Part shown: piece by piece, positions 28,344-38,000 of the stretch
How positions within the stretch are numbered: the first letter of the stretch is position 1
How the letters are laid out: each line of letters begins with the position of its first letter
Source: Clostridia bacterium
GTDB lineage: Bacteria > CBDUZB01 > JAGLHV01
Direction of reading: 5' to 3'
Assembly (NCBI GenBank): GCA_030637025.1
Contig: DAOVVV010000025.1
Location: 1 to 38,799, forward strand
Length of the DNA stretch: 38,799 nt
Made by a program: the position numbers and the translations under genes
The notes under the pieces: model-generated
Databases searched by the model: none
Told to the model about the DNA's origin: nothing
The model's input: the letters and a program-made list of their open reading frames with translations, nothing else

Positions 28344-29156
28344 TTATCCAATACCAATAGAAACCAACAAACTACTTAAAAAATAATCAGAAACTAAAAT
28401 GAGTACCATTGAAGCCACTACAGCCTGGGTAGTAGCCTTACCTACACCTTCTGCTCCACCATGGGTAAGAAACCCTTTATAACAACTTATTACTACAATA
28501 ATTACTGCAAAAACGAAACTCTTAATTATACCGTGAAAAAAATCACTTAATTGCATAAAATCTAAGATATCGTTCCAATAAACAGTGGAAGGAATACCTA
28601 ATTTATTTACACTCACCAATAAACCTCCCCATATTCCCAAAAAAGATGAAAAGATAGTTAATAAAGGAATCATAGTAACACAAGCCAAAAAACGAGGTAC
28701 TGCCAGATATTTTATCGGATTAGTACCCAGAGTATACAGGGCATCTAATTGTTCAGTAACCTTCATTGTTCCTATTTCCGCGGTTATAGATGCTCCTATT
28801 CTCCCGGAAATAACCAGGGCGGTAAGAGTAGGCCCCAATTCTTTAACCATAGAAAATCCAACTATTGACCCCACATAAAGTGGTTCACTAAATACATTCT
28901 TAAAAGAATACCCTGTTTGTAAGGCTAAAACCATCCCGGTAGATATAGAAGTCAGAGCAGTAACAGGAAAAGACTCCACCCCCACCCTTACCATTTGGTC
29001 AATAACTTCTTTAACATCCCATCTACTGCGAAAAAGCCAGCGTAAAATTCGTATTGTCAGATTTGTTATACCGCCCACACTATTGGAAAAACTTATGATT
29101 TTTCTCCCAAAAAATGGTATAGGTTTATTTATTTTTTCTATAATACTCTTATTCAT
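28344..29156 (-). CDS. mlaE: MlaE-type ABC transporter permease
   Basis: GMVLALQ, KELGP.LTAL...GRIG, AEIGTMKVTEQLDAL, YLAVPR, GGAEGVGKATT.AVV; ATGA overlap with alr. Confidence 0.94.
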   Translation of the reverse strand: MNKSIIEKINKPIPFFGRKIISFSNSVGGITNLTIRILRWLFRSRWDVKEVIDQMVRVGVESFPVTALTSISTGMVLALQTGYSFKNVFSEPLYVGSIVGFSMVKELGPTLTALVISGRIGASITAEIGTMKVTEQLDALYTLGTNPIKYLAVPRFLACVTMIPLLTIFSSFLGIWGGLLVSVNKLGIPSTVYWNDILDFMQLSDFFHGIIKSFVFAVIIVVISCYKGFLTHGGAEGVGKATTQAVVASMVLILVSDYFLSSLLVSIGIG

Positions 29157-30277
29157 TTTACATTTCCCGTATATATCCGCGGTATTCGCTTACTCAAGCC
29201 ACAAACGACTTCATAATTTATAGTTTTACTCCAGGAAGCAACCTCCTCTGCTGTAATCATCTCTCCTTTTTGATTTCCTATTAAAACTACTTCATCACCT
29301 ACAGCTGCCTGGGGTAAATCATTTACATCAACCATACACATATCCATACAAACCCTACCTACTATGGGTAACCGTTTACCTTTTATCAACACCTGAGCAT
29401 TATTAGACAATAAACGGTTATATCCATCGGCATAACCAATAGGCAAGGTGGCAATCCTGGTTGTTTTTTTGGTAATATAAGTTTTCCCATAACTTATCGG
29501 AGTTCCTTTTAATACCTTTTTAAGAAACACAATTTTAGTTTTAAGACTCATTACCGGCTTTAATTTTATTTTATTTAAAGCATCCGCACAAGGAATCAAA
29601 CCATACAGAATTAATCCAGGCCTCACCAAATCAAAATAGGATTCAGGAAAACATAAAACAGCAGCACTATTAGCAATATGACTGTACCTAATCTTTTTCT
29701 CTTTTATTTTTTCAACTATAGAAGCAAAATCATTAATTTGTTTTTTTGTAAACTCCTTATCAGTATCTGCACAAGAAAGATGGCTGCTTATTCCTTCAAG
29801 AACAACCCCGGGCAACAAAGAAATTTCTTCTATAAGTTTAAATACTGAGCTAACAGAAACTCCAATCCTGCCCATTCCTGTATCTATTTTAAGATGAAAA
29901 CCAATTCTTTTCCCATCCCTGCAAGCTATGGAAGAAAGTTCTCTAAGGCTGGATAAACTAGCAACAATAGGAATGAGATTAAAATTAATTAATTCTTTAT
30001 AGTTTTTAAAAGGATAAACACTCCCCATCACCAAAATAGGAGCATCTATCCCTGCCTTCCGTAACTCAATACCTTCTTCAATTAAAGCCACTCCCAAAAA
30101 AGAAGCCCCATTTTGTAAAGAAACCTTAGCGATTTCTACTGCTCCGTGGCCATAGCCATTTGCTTTTACCACCGCAAGTATTTGCACTTTATCTTTTACT
30201 ATTTTTCTTATTTGCTTTAAGTTATAGATACAATGTAAAAGATTAATTTCCATCCAGCTGGGACGTAAAAAACGCAT
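29153..30277 (-). CDS. alr: Alanine racemase
   Basis: AVVKANGYGHG (PLP Lys), HLKIDTGMGRIG, NSAA, VRPG, IGYADG, GRVCMD, TINYE. Confidence 0.97.
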   Translation of the reverse strand: MRFLRPSWMEINLLHCIYNLKQIRKIVKDKVQILAVVKANGYGHGAVEIAKVSLQNGASFLGVALIEEGIELRKAGIDAPILVMGSVYPFKNYKELINFNLIPIVASLSSLRELSSIACRDGKRIGFHLKIDTGMGRIGVSVSSVFKLIEEISLLPGVVLEGISSHLSCADTDKEFTKKQINDFASIVEKIKEKKIRYSHIANSAAVLCFPESYFDLVRPGLILYGLIPCADALNKIKLKPVMSLKTKIVFLKKVLKGTPISYGKTYITKKTTRIATLPIGYADGYNRLLSNNAQVLIKGKRLPIVGRVCMDMCMVDVNDLPQAAVGDEVVLIGNQKGEMITAEEVASWSKTINYEVVCGLSKRIPRIYTGNVK

Positions 30278-30280
30278 AAT

Positions 30281-31624
30281 TTACTCTACCCTTTTAGAAA
30301 CATTCTGGAATCTTGCATGTTCTTTCTGAAAAGAAAGAAGAATAGTCCCGGTAGGGCCATTTCTTTGCTTTCCAATAATTAACTCTGCTTTTCCTTCCAA
30401 ATCCGGTTGATTAGGCTTATAATATTCTTCTCTATAAATAAAAGCTACCACATCCGCATCCTGTTCTATCGCTCCTGATTCGCGCAAGTCAGCTAACTGC
30501 GGCCGAGGTTCCGTCCTTTTCTCCGGAGCACGGGAAAGCTGTGAAAGAGCAACGACAGGAACATTTAATTCCTTAGCCAGAATCTTTAAAGACCGGGTAA
30601 TTTCAGAAACATCTTGCTGCCTATACTCGGCTTTACCGGTTCTACCAGGCATTAATTGTAAATAATCAATAATTAATAAAGACAAACCTTTTTCAGCCTT
30701 GAGCCTTCTGGCCCTGGCCTTCATTTCCAAAACCGTTGGAGCCGGAGCATCATCAATGTAAATAGGTGCTTCTGATAATCTGGAAGCAGCATTAGTAAGA
30801 GCCGGCCATCCTTTTTTAGATAAAAACCCTGTTCTAACATGATGTAAATTTACCCTTGCTTCGGCACAAAGCATACGCAGTAAAACTTCTTCTTTAGACA
30901 TTTCCAGACTGAAAATAGCTACCGGCAACTTTTTTTCTATAGCAGCATGTTGGGCAATAGAAAGGGCAAAACTTGTTTTTCCCATACTGGGCCTTCCGGC
31001 TATAACAATTAAATTAGACGGATGCAACCCTCCTGTTTTTTCGTCAAAATCACAAAACCCGGTGGGAACACCAACTACATGTTCTTTTTCTTTATAAAGA
31101 TTCTCAATTAATTCAATACTGTCATGAACCATTTCACCCACGGGAACAAAACCCTGAGTTAATTTAGCTTGGGCAATATTAAAAATATACTGTTCAGCTC
31201 TATCTAACAAAACTCCTACATCTTCTTCTCCTTTATAACTTTCAGTAATAATCCGGGTCGAAACATTGATTAATTTCCTCAAAATATATTTTTCCCTTAC
31301 GATTTTTGCATAATATTCAACATTAGCAGCTGTAGAAACGGAATTTATCAAGGAAGTTAAATATTGTGCACCACCTACACTCACCAACGAATCCCCTGTT
31401 TTTTTCAGCTCCTCAGCTATTATTACAATATCTATTGCTTCATCACGGTCGTATAAGTTAACCATTACCTGAAAAATTTTTTGGTGATTTTCTTTGTAAA
31501 AACTTTTTTCAAGGAGAAGCTCTATAGATTTAGCAATAGCTTCTTTTTCAATCAACATTGACCCTAAAACTGCTTTTTCTGCTTCTATATTTTGTGGTAA
31601 AACCTTATCACCCAGAGTTGCCAT
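30281..31624 (-). CDS. dnaB: Replicative DNA helicase
   Basis: PQNIEAE.AVLG, GRPSMGKT, FSLEM, IDYLQL, SQLSR, DLRESGAIEQDAD, KQRNGP; 447 aa, no intein. Confidence 0.98.
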   Translation of the reverse strand: MATLGDKVLPQNIEAEKAVLGSMLIEKEAIAKSIELLLEKSFYKENHQKIFQVMVNLYDRDEAIDIVIIAEELKKTGDSLVSVGGAQYLTSLINSVSTAANVEYYAKIVREKYILRKLINVSTRIITESYKGEEDVGVLLDRAEQYIFNIAQAKLTQGFVPVGEMVHDSIELIENLYKEKEHVVGVPTGFCDFDEKTGGLHPSNLIVIAGRPSMGKTSFALSIAQHAAIEKKLPVAIFSLEMSKEEVLLRMLCAEARVNLHHVRTGFLSKKGWPALTNAASRLSEAPIYIDDAPAPTVLEMKARARRLKAEKGLSLLIIDYLQLMPGRTGKAEYRQQDVSEITRSLKILAKELNVPVVALSQLSRAPEKRTEPRPQLADLRESGAIEQDADVVAFIYREEYYKPNQPDLEGKAELIIGKQRNGPTGTILLSFQKEHARFQNVSKRVE

Positions 31625-31635
31625 ACCCTGCTCCT

Positions 31636-32088
31636 CTAAACCTCAGATTCTTTTACTACCCATACTCTTATTTTCCCTTTAAGGCGAGGATAAACTTTCA
31701 CTTCCACATTAAACACTCCTAATTCTTTTATTGGTTCCGATAAAAGAATATCTTTCCTGTCCAATTCTATCCCCTCCTTTTTCATAACCTGAACAATATC
31801 TTCACTGGTTACAGAACCAAACATTTTCCCGCTTTCCCCTGTTTTAACCGAAATCGTACAGGAAACACCACCTAATTTTTTGATAAATTCCTGAGCATCT
31901 TTTACTGATTTAGCTTCTTTCTGCTCATTTAACTTCTTTTCAGCTATTATCTTTTTTAAATTTGCAGGAGAAACCCCTACAGCAAACCCCTGTGGCAGAA
32001 GAAAATTTCTAGCATACCCTCTGGCAACATTTACTTTTTCACCTTCTTTACCCAGACCTGCAATTTCTTTGGTAAGTAAAACTTCCAT
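31636..32088 (-). CDS. rplI: 50S ribosomal protein L9
   Basis: LGKEG..VNVARGYARNFLLP, MFGSVT, PIKELG; start moved to 32088 (AGGAGGG RBS). Confidence 0.96.
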   Translation of the reverse strand: MEVLLTKEIAGLGKEGEKVNVARGYARNFLLPQGFAVGVSPANLKKIIAEKKLNEQKEAKSVKDAQEFIKKLGGVSCTISVKTGESGKMFGSVTSEDIVQVMKKEGIELDRKDILLSEPIKELGVFNVEVKVYPRLKGKIRVWVVKESEV

Positions 32089-32158
32089 AAAACCCTCCTT
32101 TTTCATAATACCACTACTTAAAATATAGTTTCTATACTATGATTTTTAAAATTATTAT

Positions 32159-33139
32159 TTATAAACCGATTTTTCCTTCTTTAGGTTTTTTTCTAAAATC
32201 AATCCATACATCTAATAATCCAAAGCCTAATAATAAAATAGGTTGTACAATAGTTAAAACGTAAATCAGATAACTCGTCATTTTTTGTATCTTATATTTT
32301 TTTAAAAAATAATTCAGTAAAGATAATCCATTGATAAAATAAACTGCCAAAAATATTACCAATATGTTTTGTCCAAAAAATTTTGTAGACTCAAAATCAC
32401 TATAAAATCCTATCCAATATATCCCCCCTCCGGCAATAAATCCAAAGACTAATTTCTCTTGGGGCCGCCAGGAAGAAAATAAAGGAAGATTATTTAAACA
32501 ATATCCTATTTTAGCAAAAGAAAACTGAGCCAGCTTATAAAACATAAATATCCCTAAAAAACAGTTTAAAAAAATAATAGAAAAAATAATATTTTCTAAA
32601 AATACCATTTTTTCTTTCAGAAAAGACAAAATATTTCTTAAATCATCAGGAGGGAGATTTCCTTTTTTATAAAACTCCAAAATATGGTTGTTATAAATTC
32701 TAAAAAATTCTAGTACCTGCCCCAAAACATCATAGCGGAAAAACAATAAGGATGAAATTTCAAACAAGCAAAGCATTACAAAACATAATAAGCTTCCCTC
32801 CAGTACTAACCATGAAGCAGAATACTTTTTTTTTATACTATATCCAAAAAACAACCCTATGCTTCCACAAACCAGAAAAAAAAAGAGAGTATAAATTACT
32901 CCCCACAAAACATAAATACCTGCACAACTAATCAATAAAGAAAAAAACGCTTTTTTATAACCATAATTCAAAATTAAATAAATAAAAGGTAGAATTGAAA
33001 AAAAATAAAAGAAAAACCCAATCGCAGGTAAAAAAATCGCACTACTAAACAATATTACGTTTAATACACTAACAATTATTAAATCAATTAACCGCAATTT
33101 AAATTTTTCTTTTTTATATAATATTTTTTCTAATAACAT
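32159..33139 (-). CDS. YybS / DUF2232-family membrane protein
   Basis: Multi-TM, very hydrophobic; FSSWR.P, GLS, GLLDVWIDFRK C-terminal motif; typical position between rpsR and rplI. Confidence 0.85.
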   Translation of the reverse strand: MLLEKILYKKEKFKLRLIDLIIVSVLNVILFSSAIFLPAIGFFFYFFSILPFIYLILNYGYKKAFFSLLISCAGIYVLWGVIYTLFFFLVCGSIGLFFGYSIKKKYSASWLVLEGSLLCFVMLCLFEISSLLFFRYDVLGQVLEFFRIYNNHILEFYKKGNLPPDDLRNILSFLKEKMVFLENIIFSIIFLNCFLGIFMFYKLAQFSFAKIGYCLNNLPLFSSWRPQEKLVFGFIAGGGIYWIGFYSDFESTKFFGQNILVIFLAVYFINGLSLLNYFLKKYKIQKMTSYLIYVLTIVQPILLLGFGLLDVWIDFRKKPKEGKIGL

Positions 33140-33273
33140 TGAAAACTATAATTTTATCCTTTTAAGATATGAAAATTCCGCAACAACATCTATTCTCTAA
33201 AAAAACCACAGTTTGTTTTTTCTAAAACTCTTATCTTTGTAATTATTTTTTCCTATTGTTGTAAATATAATAT

Positions 33274-33561
33274 TTACGCAGAAGAAAAAGGCAATAATCC
33301 AACAATTCTTGCCCTTTTTATTGCTTTACTTAAACACCGCTGATGTTTAGCACAGGCACCGGAAATTCTCTGGGATAATATTTTTCCCCGGTCTGTTATA
33401 TTCTTTCTAAACAATAAAACATCTTTATAATCTATCTCTTTTATCTTTTTCGCACAAAAATAACAAACTTTTTTCTTAAAAAGTTTTCTCTTTTTAAAAG
33501 CAAACCTTTTCTTAGTACTTCCTGAAAAACTCTTTTTAATCACATTTCTACCCTCTTTCAT
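33274..33561 (-). CDS. rpsR: 30S ribosomal protein S18
   Basis: KKVCYFC, IDYKD, TDRGKI...R.SG.CAKHQR, AIKRAR..GLLPF; exact start uncertain. Confidence 0.95.
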   Translation of the reverse strand: MKEGRNVIKKSFSGSTKKRFAFKKRKLFKKKVCYFCAKKIKEIDYKDVLLFRKNITDRGKILSQRISGACAKHQRCLSKAIKRARIVGLLPFSSA

Positions 33562-33664
33562 ATAAATTTATCAACTAAAAAACACTGATCAAACCCTATC
33601 TTTTCTTAAATAATAAAATCAAATATTTGCTGTATTCAATCTTTATTTTTAAATTTTAAACAAA

Positions 33665-34084
33665 CTAAAAAGGAATTTCTTCTTCTACCTTCCCGCTAAT
33701 ATTATTAGAAGATTGTACTTTGTCTCCGGTAGTAGACAAACCCGGTGCCCCGTCCAACATCTGCATAGTAGCTATCACTACTTCAGTAGTATACTTTTTA
33801 TTACCACTTCCATCCTCCCAAGAACGGGTTTCCATCCTTCCTTCTACATAAATGTGACTCCCTTTCTTAAGATATTCACTGCAAATTTCTGCTAATTTTC
33901 TCCACGCAATTATTCTGTGCCATTCAGTTTTTGTCTGTTGTTTCCCTTCTTTGTCTTTCCAAACTCTATTGGTAGCAATTCTAAAGCTGACCACAGCATC
34001 TCCTGCCGGGGTATACCGCAACTCAGGATTGTCCCCAAGATGACCCATTAATATTACCTTATTTACACTACCCTTGCCTGCCAT
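33665..34084 (-). CDS. ssb: Single-stranded DNA-binding protein
   Basis: SVNKVILMG.LG..PELRYT, TEWHRI, YLKKG..IYVEGR, C-terminal EEEIPF; start moved to 34084 (GGAGGGGG RBS). Confidence 0.96.
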   Translation of the reverse strand: MAGKGSVNKVILMGHLGDNPELRYTPAGDAVVSFRIATNRVWKDKEGKQQTKTEWHRIIAWRKLAEICSEYLKKGSHIYVEGRMETRSWEDGSGNKKYTTEVVIATMQMLDGAPGLSTTGDKVQSSNNISGKVEEEIPF

Positions 34085-34529
34085 TTTTCTCCCCCTCCAA
34101 TTCGTTTTTTCCCTTTTCCTTTGCATCTACTGCATCTACATTTTCTTCTGCAGGAAGATTACTTGTTTCTGCTTGTTTTTCCTGCTCTCCTGCTTCTTCT
34201 TTTGCTTCCTCTGTGGAAACAGCTGGCGATTGCTGAACCGAAATACTCTTTTTTTTAATAATCATATGCCGAATTATTTCATCCGCAATTTTACAATATT
34301 TATCTATCAATACTGAAATTGTAGGAGGAGCACTAATTCCCAAACAAACATAATTACCTTCTTTACAACCTTTAATCTCATAGCACATTTGCTTTTTCCC
34401 AAAAGGATTACAGAATAAAATTTCCCCTTCATTGGAAGAGATAATTTCCTTAATCTTCCCAATTGAATTATCTACATCTGCAGAACTCACCTGGGAATTA
34501 AAAACAACCATGACCTCATAAAAAGACAT
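34068..34529 (-). CDS. rpsF: 30S ribosomal protein S6 with acidic C-terminal tail
   Basis: YEVMVVF, GKKQMCYEIK...GNY, IIRHMII; GAGGAGG RBS; first gene of rpsF-ssb-rpsR. Confidence 0.9.
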   Translation of the reverse strand: MSFYEVMVVFNSQVSSADVDNSIGKIKEIISSNEGEILFCNPFGKKQMCYEIKGCKEGNYVCLGISAPPTISVLIDKYCKIADEIIRHMIIKKKSISVQQSPAVSTEEAKEEAGEQEKQAETSNLPAEENVDAVDAKEKGKNELEGEKNGRQG

Positions 34530-34627
34530 TTAATTAAGACCTCCTCTTATTTAACTAATTACTAAATTTTTATAAATATAAACCCATGCACTACAACCTT
34601 CTAACATAAAACACCAAAAGATATGAA

Positions 34628-34657
34628 AGTATACAACATTTTTCTCTCTCTTGACAA
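34628..34657 (-). promoter_or_regulatory. Possible sigma70 promoter for the rpsF operon
   Basis: Minus strand TTGTCA (34657-34652), 18-bp spacer, TATACT (34633-34628). Confidence 0.5.
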
Positions 34658-34697
34658 GGAAAAAATTCTGAGGATTAAAAAATCATTCAAAAAATTG

Positions 34698-34805
34698 GAA
34701 TCAACTACCCCTCACCCCTTCAAATCCCTACGGTTACTCAGGATCAATTCGACTACAGAGTTTTTTCAGCTATGCTGATAAAAACTCTAAATCTCATTGA
34801 ATTAA
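34698..34805. repeat. Repeat B, copy 2 (inverted relative to copy 1; GC-rich hairpin degraded)
   Basis: Reverse complement aligns with 21281-21400; hairpin agagttttttcagc-tat-gctga(t)aaaaactct. Confidence 0.88.
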
Positions 34806-35024
34806 ATGCCGTAATTCCCGACATGCACGATATGGTTTTAGATAAAAATACCAGAATTTCCCGTTTTAAAAATTCACTTTAAATCAAACACGGGTTATTC
34901 TGGTTATTTACCGCTTCCTCTGCCCAAAAATTTTAAGTAAATGTTCTTTTAAACCCTTATTTTATTCGCTGTCTGAGACAAATCAGACAACTATTTTCTT
35001 CTCTCAGCCAGTATATTTTATTTA

Positions 35025-38000
35025 CTACATCTTCTTTTTCACTTTTTTTATAAATTCTTTTACTTCCGGATCCCGTGAATCAAGAGTAAGAACCCTTTCC
35101 CACTCAGCAACAGCGAGCTTAAAATCGCCCTCCCGATAATAACAAAAGGCAATGGCATAAAAAAGATCCTTACTTCTATCTACAGGGGTAACCCCCTGTG
35201 CAATATTATCCATTTTTTTATTTATGTACTTAATATATCTTCTCGAATCATTAATCATTGATTTATCATCCGGCCCAAGATTTAATACCTGACTATATTT
35301 ATCATACGCTCTAAGCCATTTTTTATCTTTAAAATTTTCCTTCGCTTCGGCAAAAATGATTTTCGTTTTTCGCTTTATTTTCTCACCTTTCTCTTTAGCA
35401 ATTTCTTTATTAACTCTTGCCAGATATTTCAGAGCTGTTTTATTCTCCGGGTCCACTTTTAATACTTCATTTAAAGTTTTCTGGGCTTTTAGCCATTTAC
35501 CCTTTTTATAATATGCCTGCCCTTTTTCAAAAAGTTTTTCTTTGTTTTTAGAAATCGGTGCTAAAGAAACAAATAAGGTTATTTCTTTTTGACCCCAATT
35601 CAAACGTTTACTTACTTCTGCTGTTTCATATTCTTTTTGTTTTCCAATTTTTATTTTATATTCACCTGCCTTCATAAAACTTTTCCAAACACCATTTTTA
35701 TCCGTTCGCCCAACCCATTTATTGTTAATTAAAATATACGCGTTGTTGATATTATATTCATTTGTGAAATTTTTAACTACAATTTTTAACGAAATAGGTT
35801 TCTGTTTTAATGTCGCTTTAACAACTTTTCTGTCATTTATATTTACTTTAAAAGAACGACTCTCATATTTAGGATGTTTTTTAAAAGTTACCTCATATTC
35901 CTTTATTACCAAAGGATATTTAAACGGGGTTTTCTTCCCGTTTATTTTTGTTCCTTCTATATATACAGCCGCATTAATATCTTTCTTGGATTTTTTTTCT
36001 CCATAAGAATAAAAATAAACCCATTTTTTAAGAATAGGATTAATATCTATCTCAGTATCTGCATCAACTTTAATTACACCAACCCATTCTTGGAAATTAG
36101 GTTTTTCTAGTTTTATTTTATATTCTCCTATTTTAATACTAATTTTCTGAGGAGTAGTTCCCCATGAACTCTTAGAATCATCTACATAAATAGCAGCTCC
36201 CTGAGGACGAGAATCAAGAGATATCTCTTTCCAAAAAGTCCCTTTCAGAATATAACTTATTAATCCATCGTCAAGTACAGAAGAACTTATATCCCAGTAT
36301 CTACGGTCTACTCCTTCCTGATCCGATGCATCTTTAATAAGATTGAGATTACACTGACCCCTCATAGTAGTTTTTTCAACATTTCCTATAACATTAAATC
36401 CTTCCTTAACTAATTTGATTGTGTGTTCCCCTACTTTCATGTTCTGAATTAAAGGTGTTTTCCCCGGTAATTTATTCCCATCAATATAAACATCTGCGCC
36501 CTCAGGAAATGAATTAATTTCCAGGCCAATCTCAAAAGGAATAGTAATTAAATTTACCTTTTGCTTTTTTTCCTGACCTGATGCATGCATACCCTCAAGT
36601 CTAATATCCTGTTTTCCTCTTTCAATTCCAAATACCGTTATTCTTCGTTCAATATCTTTGTATCCTTCTTTTTTCAATATTAAAGTATAATTTCCAGGTA
36701 AAATTTTTGAAACATAAGCCGGTGAAAAGGCATTTTTTCTTATCACATCCTCTCCGTTATCATTAACAAGAGAAACAGATGCTCCTGAAGGGACAGAATC
36801 AATACTAAGAGTCGGCGGCCAGAAAAAATTATAAATTTTATCCCCTAAAGGAGTCCAATGTTGAAATGTATCCAGAGCTGCAAAACCAATCGCACCAATT
36901 AATAAACTTAAAGTTATTTTAATAATCATTTTTTTATATCTATTAGCTGTATCCAGAACAAAATCAAATACGGTTTTTTCCCTTGCTTCTTCATGGAATT
37001 CTATCTCTTCCTTCTCCTTTTCTTTTCTTATCTCTTTTTCTACTTTTATTTCTTTTTCTTCTACTTTTTCGTGTTTTATTTCTTCTTGTGCTTCTTTCAC
37101 TTCTTCAATTTCAGGAAGAGTAAAAAATGGTTTTTGCTTTGAGGAAAAATCATCGGTAATAGCCCTATCAGCAACATCCTCTTTTACCATTGCTTCCTGC
37201 TCAATTGCTACTCTGCGAGAAAGGGTACTCTCTTTTTTAGAACTTTTTTCTTCCTCTCTTATTTCTTTTCCAAGGATCTCATATATAAATTTCTTGAACT
37301 CCTGCATTAACATGTGAGAATATTTTTTTTGTTTATGGAGATATTCCTGTAAATCAACAAACATATCTTCATCATGTTGATATCTTTTTTCGCGGTCTTT
37401 TCTTAAAGATTCTGATACTACTTTAATTAAGCCGTCAGGAACTGTTAAATCTCCTAAAACATCTAGATCTATTTTCCCTTTCTTTACTTTTTCCCAGACA
37501 TTATAATCTGTATTGCCTTCAAACGGCCACCGACCGGTCAATAATCGATATAGAACTATACCTATAGAATAAATATCCGAACGATAATCCAGTTCAACAT
37601 CTCCCATGGCCTGTTCAGGAGACATATAAGCAACTTTTCCTCTCAAAGCCCCTTTCTTCGCCTTAGCTATATAACGGGTGGTTGCCTTAGCAATTCCAAA
37701 ATCAGTGATTTTAACCCTCCCATCAAAACAAATCATAATATTCCCCGGAGAAACATCACGGTGAACAATAGATAAAGGCTCTCCTGTGACTTCATCCACT
37801 TTAGAATGAGCATATTTAAGACCTTTTAAAACTTCGCTAATAATATGTGCTGCTAAATCCAAAGAAATTTTTTTATTCTTTTCCTGGCATCTTTTAAGAA
37901 TATCATGGAGATTGCAACCTTTAACATATTCCATGATAATATAATAGATATTGTCTTTTGTTTTTAAAAAATCAATAACCCGGACAATATTTTCATGCTC

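Noticed and set aside
30281-31624. Intein in DnaB
   Set aside because: Normal length (447 aa) with contiguous helicase motifs
34530-34620. S6:S18-binding leader RNA upstream of rpsF
   Set aside because: No C-rich segment able to pair with the Shine-Dalgarno and no conserved CC internal loop visible on the minus strand
34651-34680. Divergent + strand promoter from TTGACA at 34651
   Set aside because: No convincing -10 hexamer at 16-18 bp spacing and no + strand gene downstream
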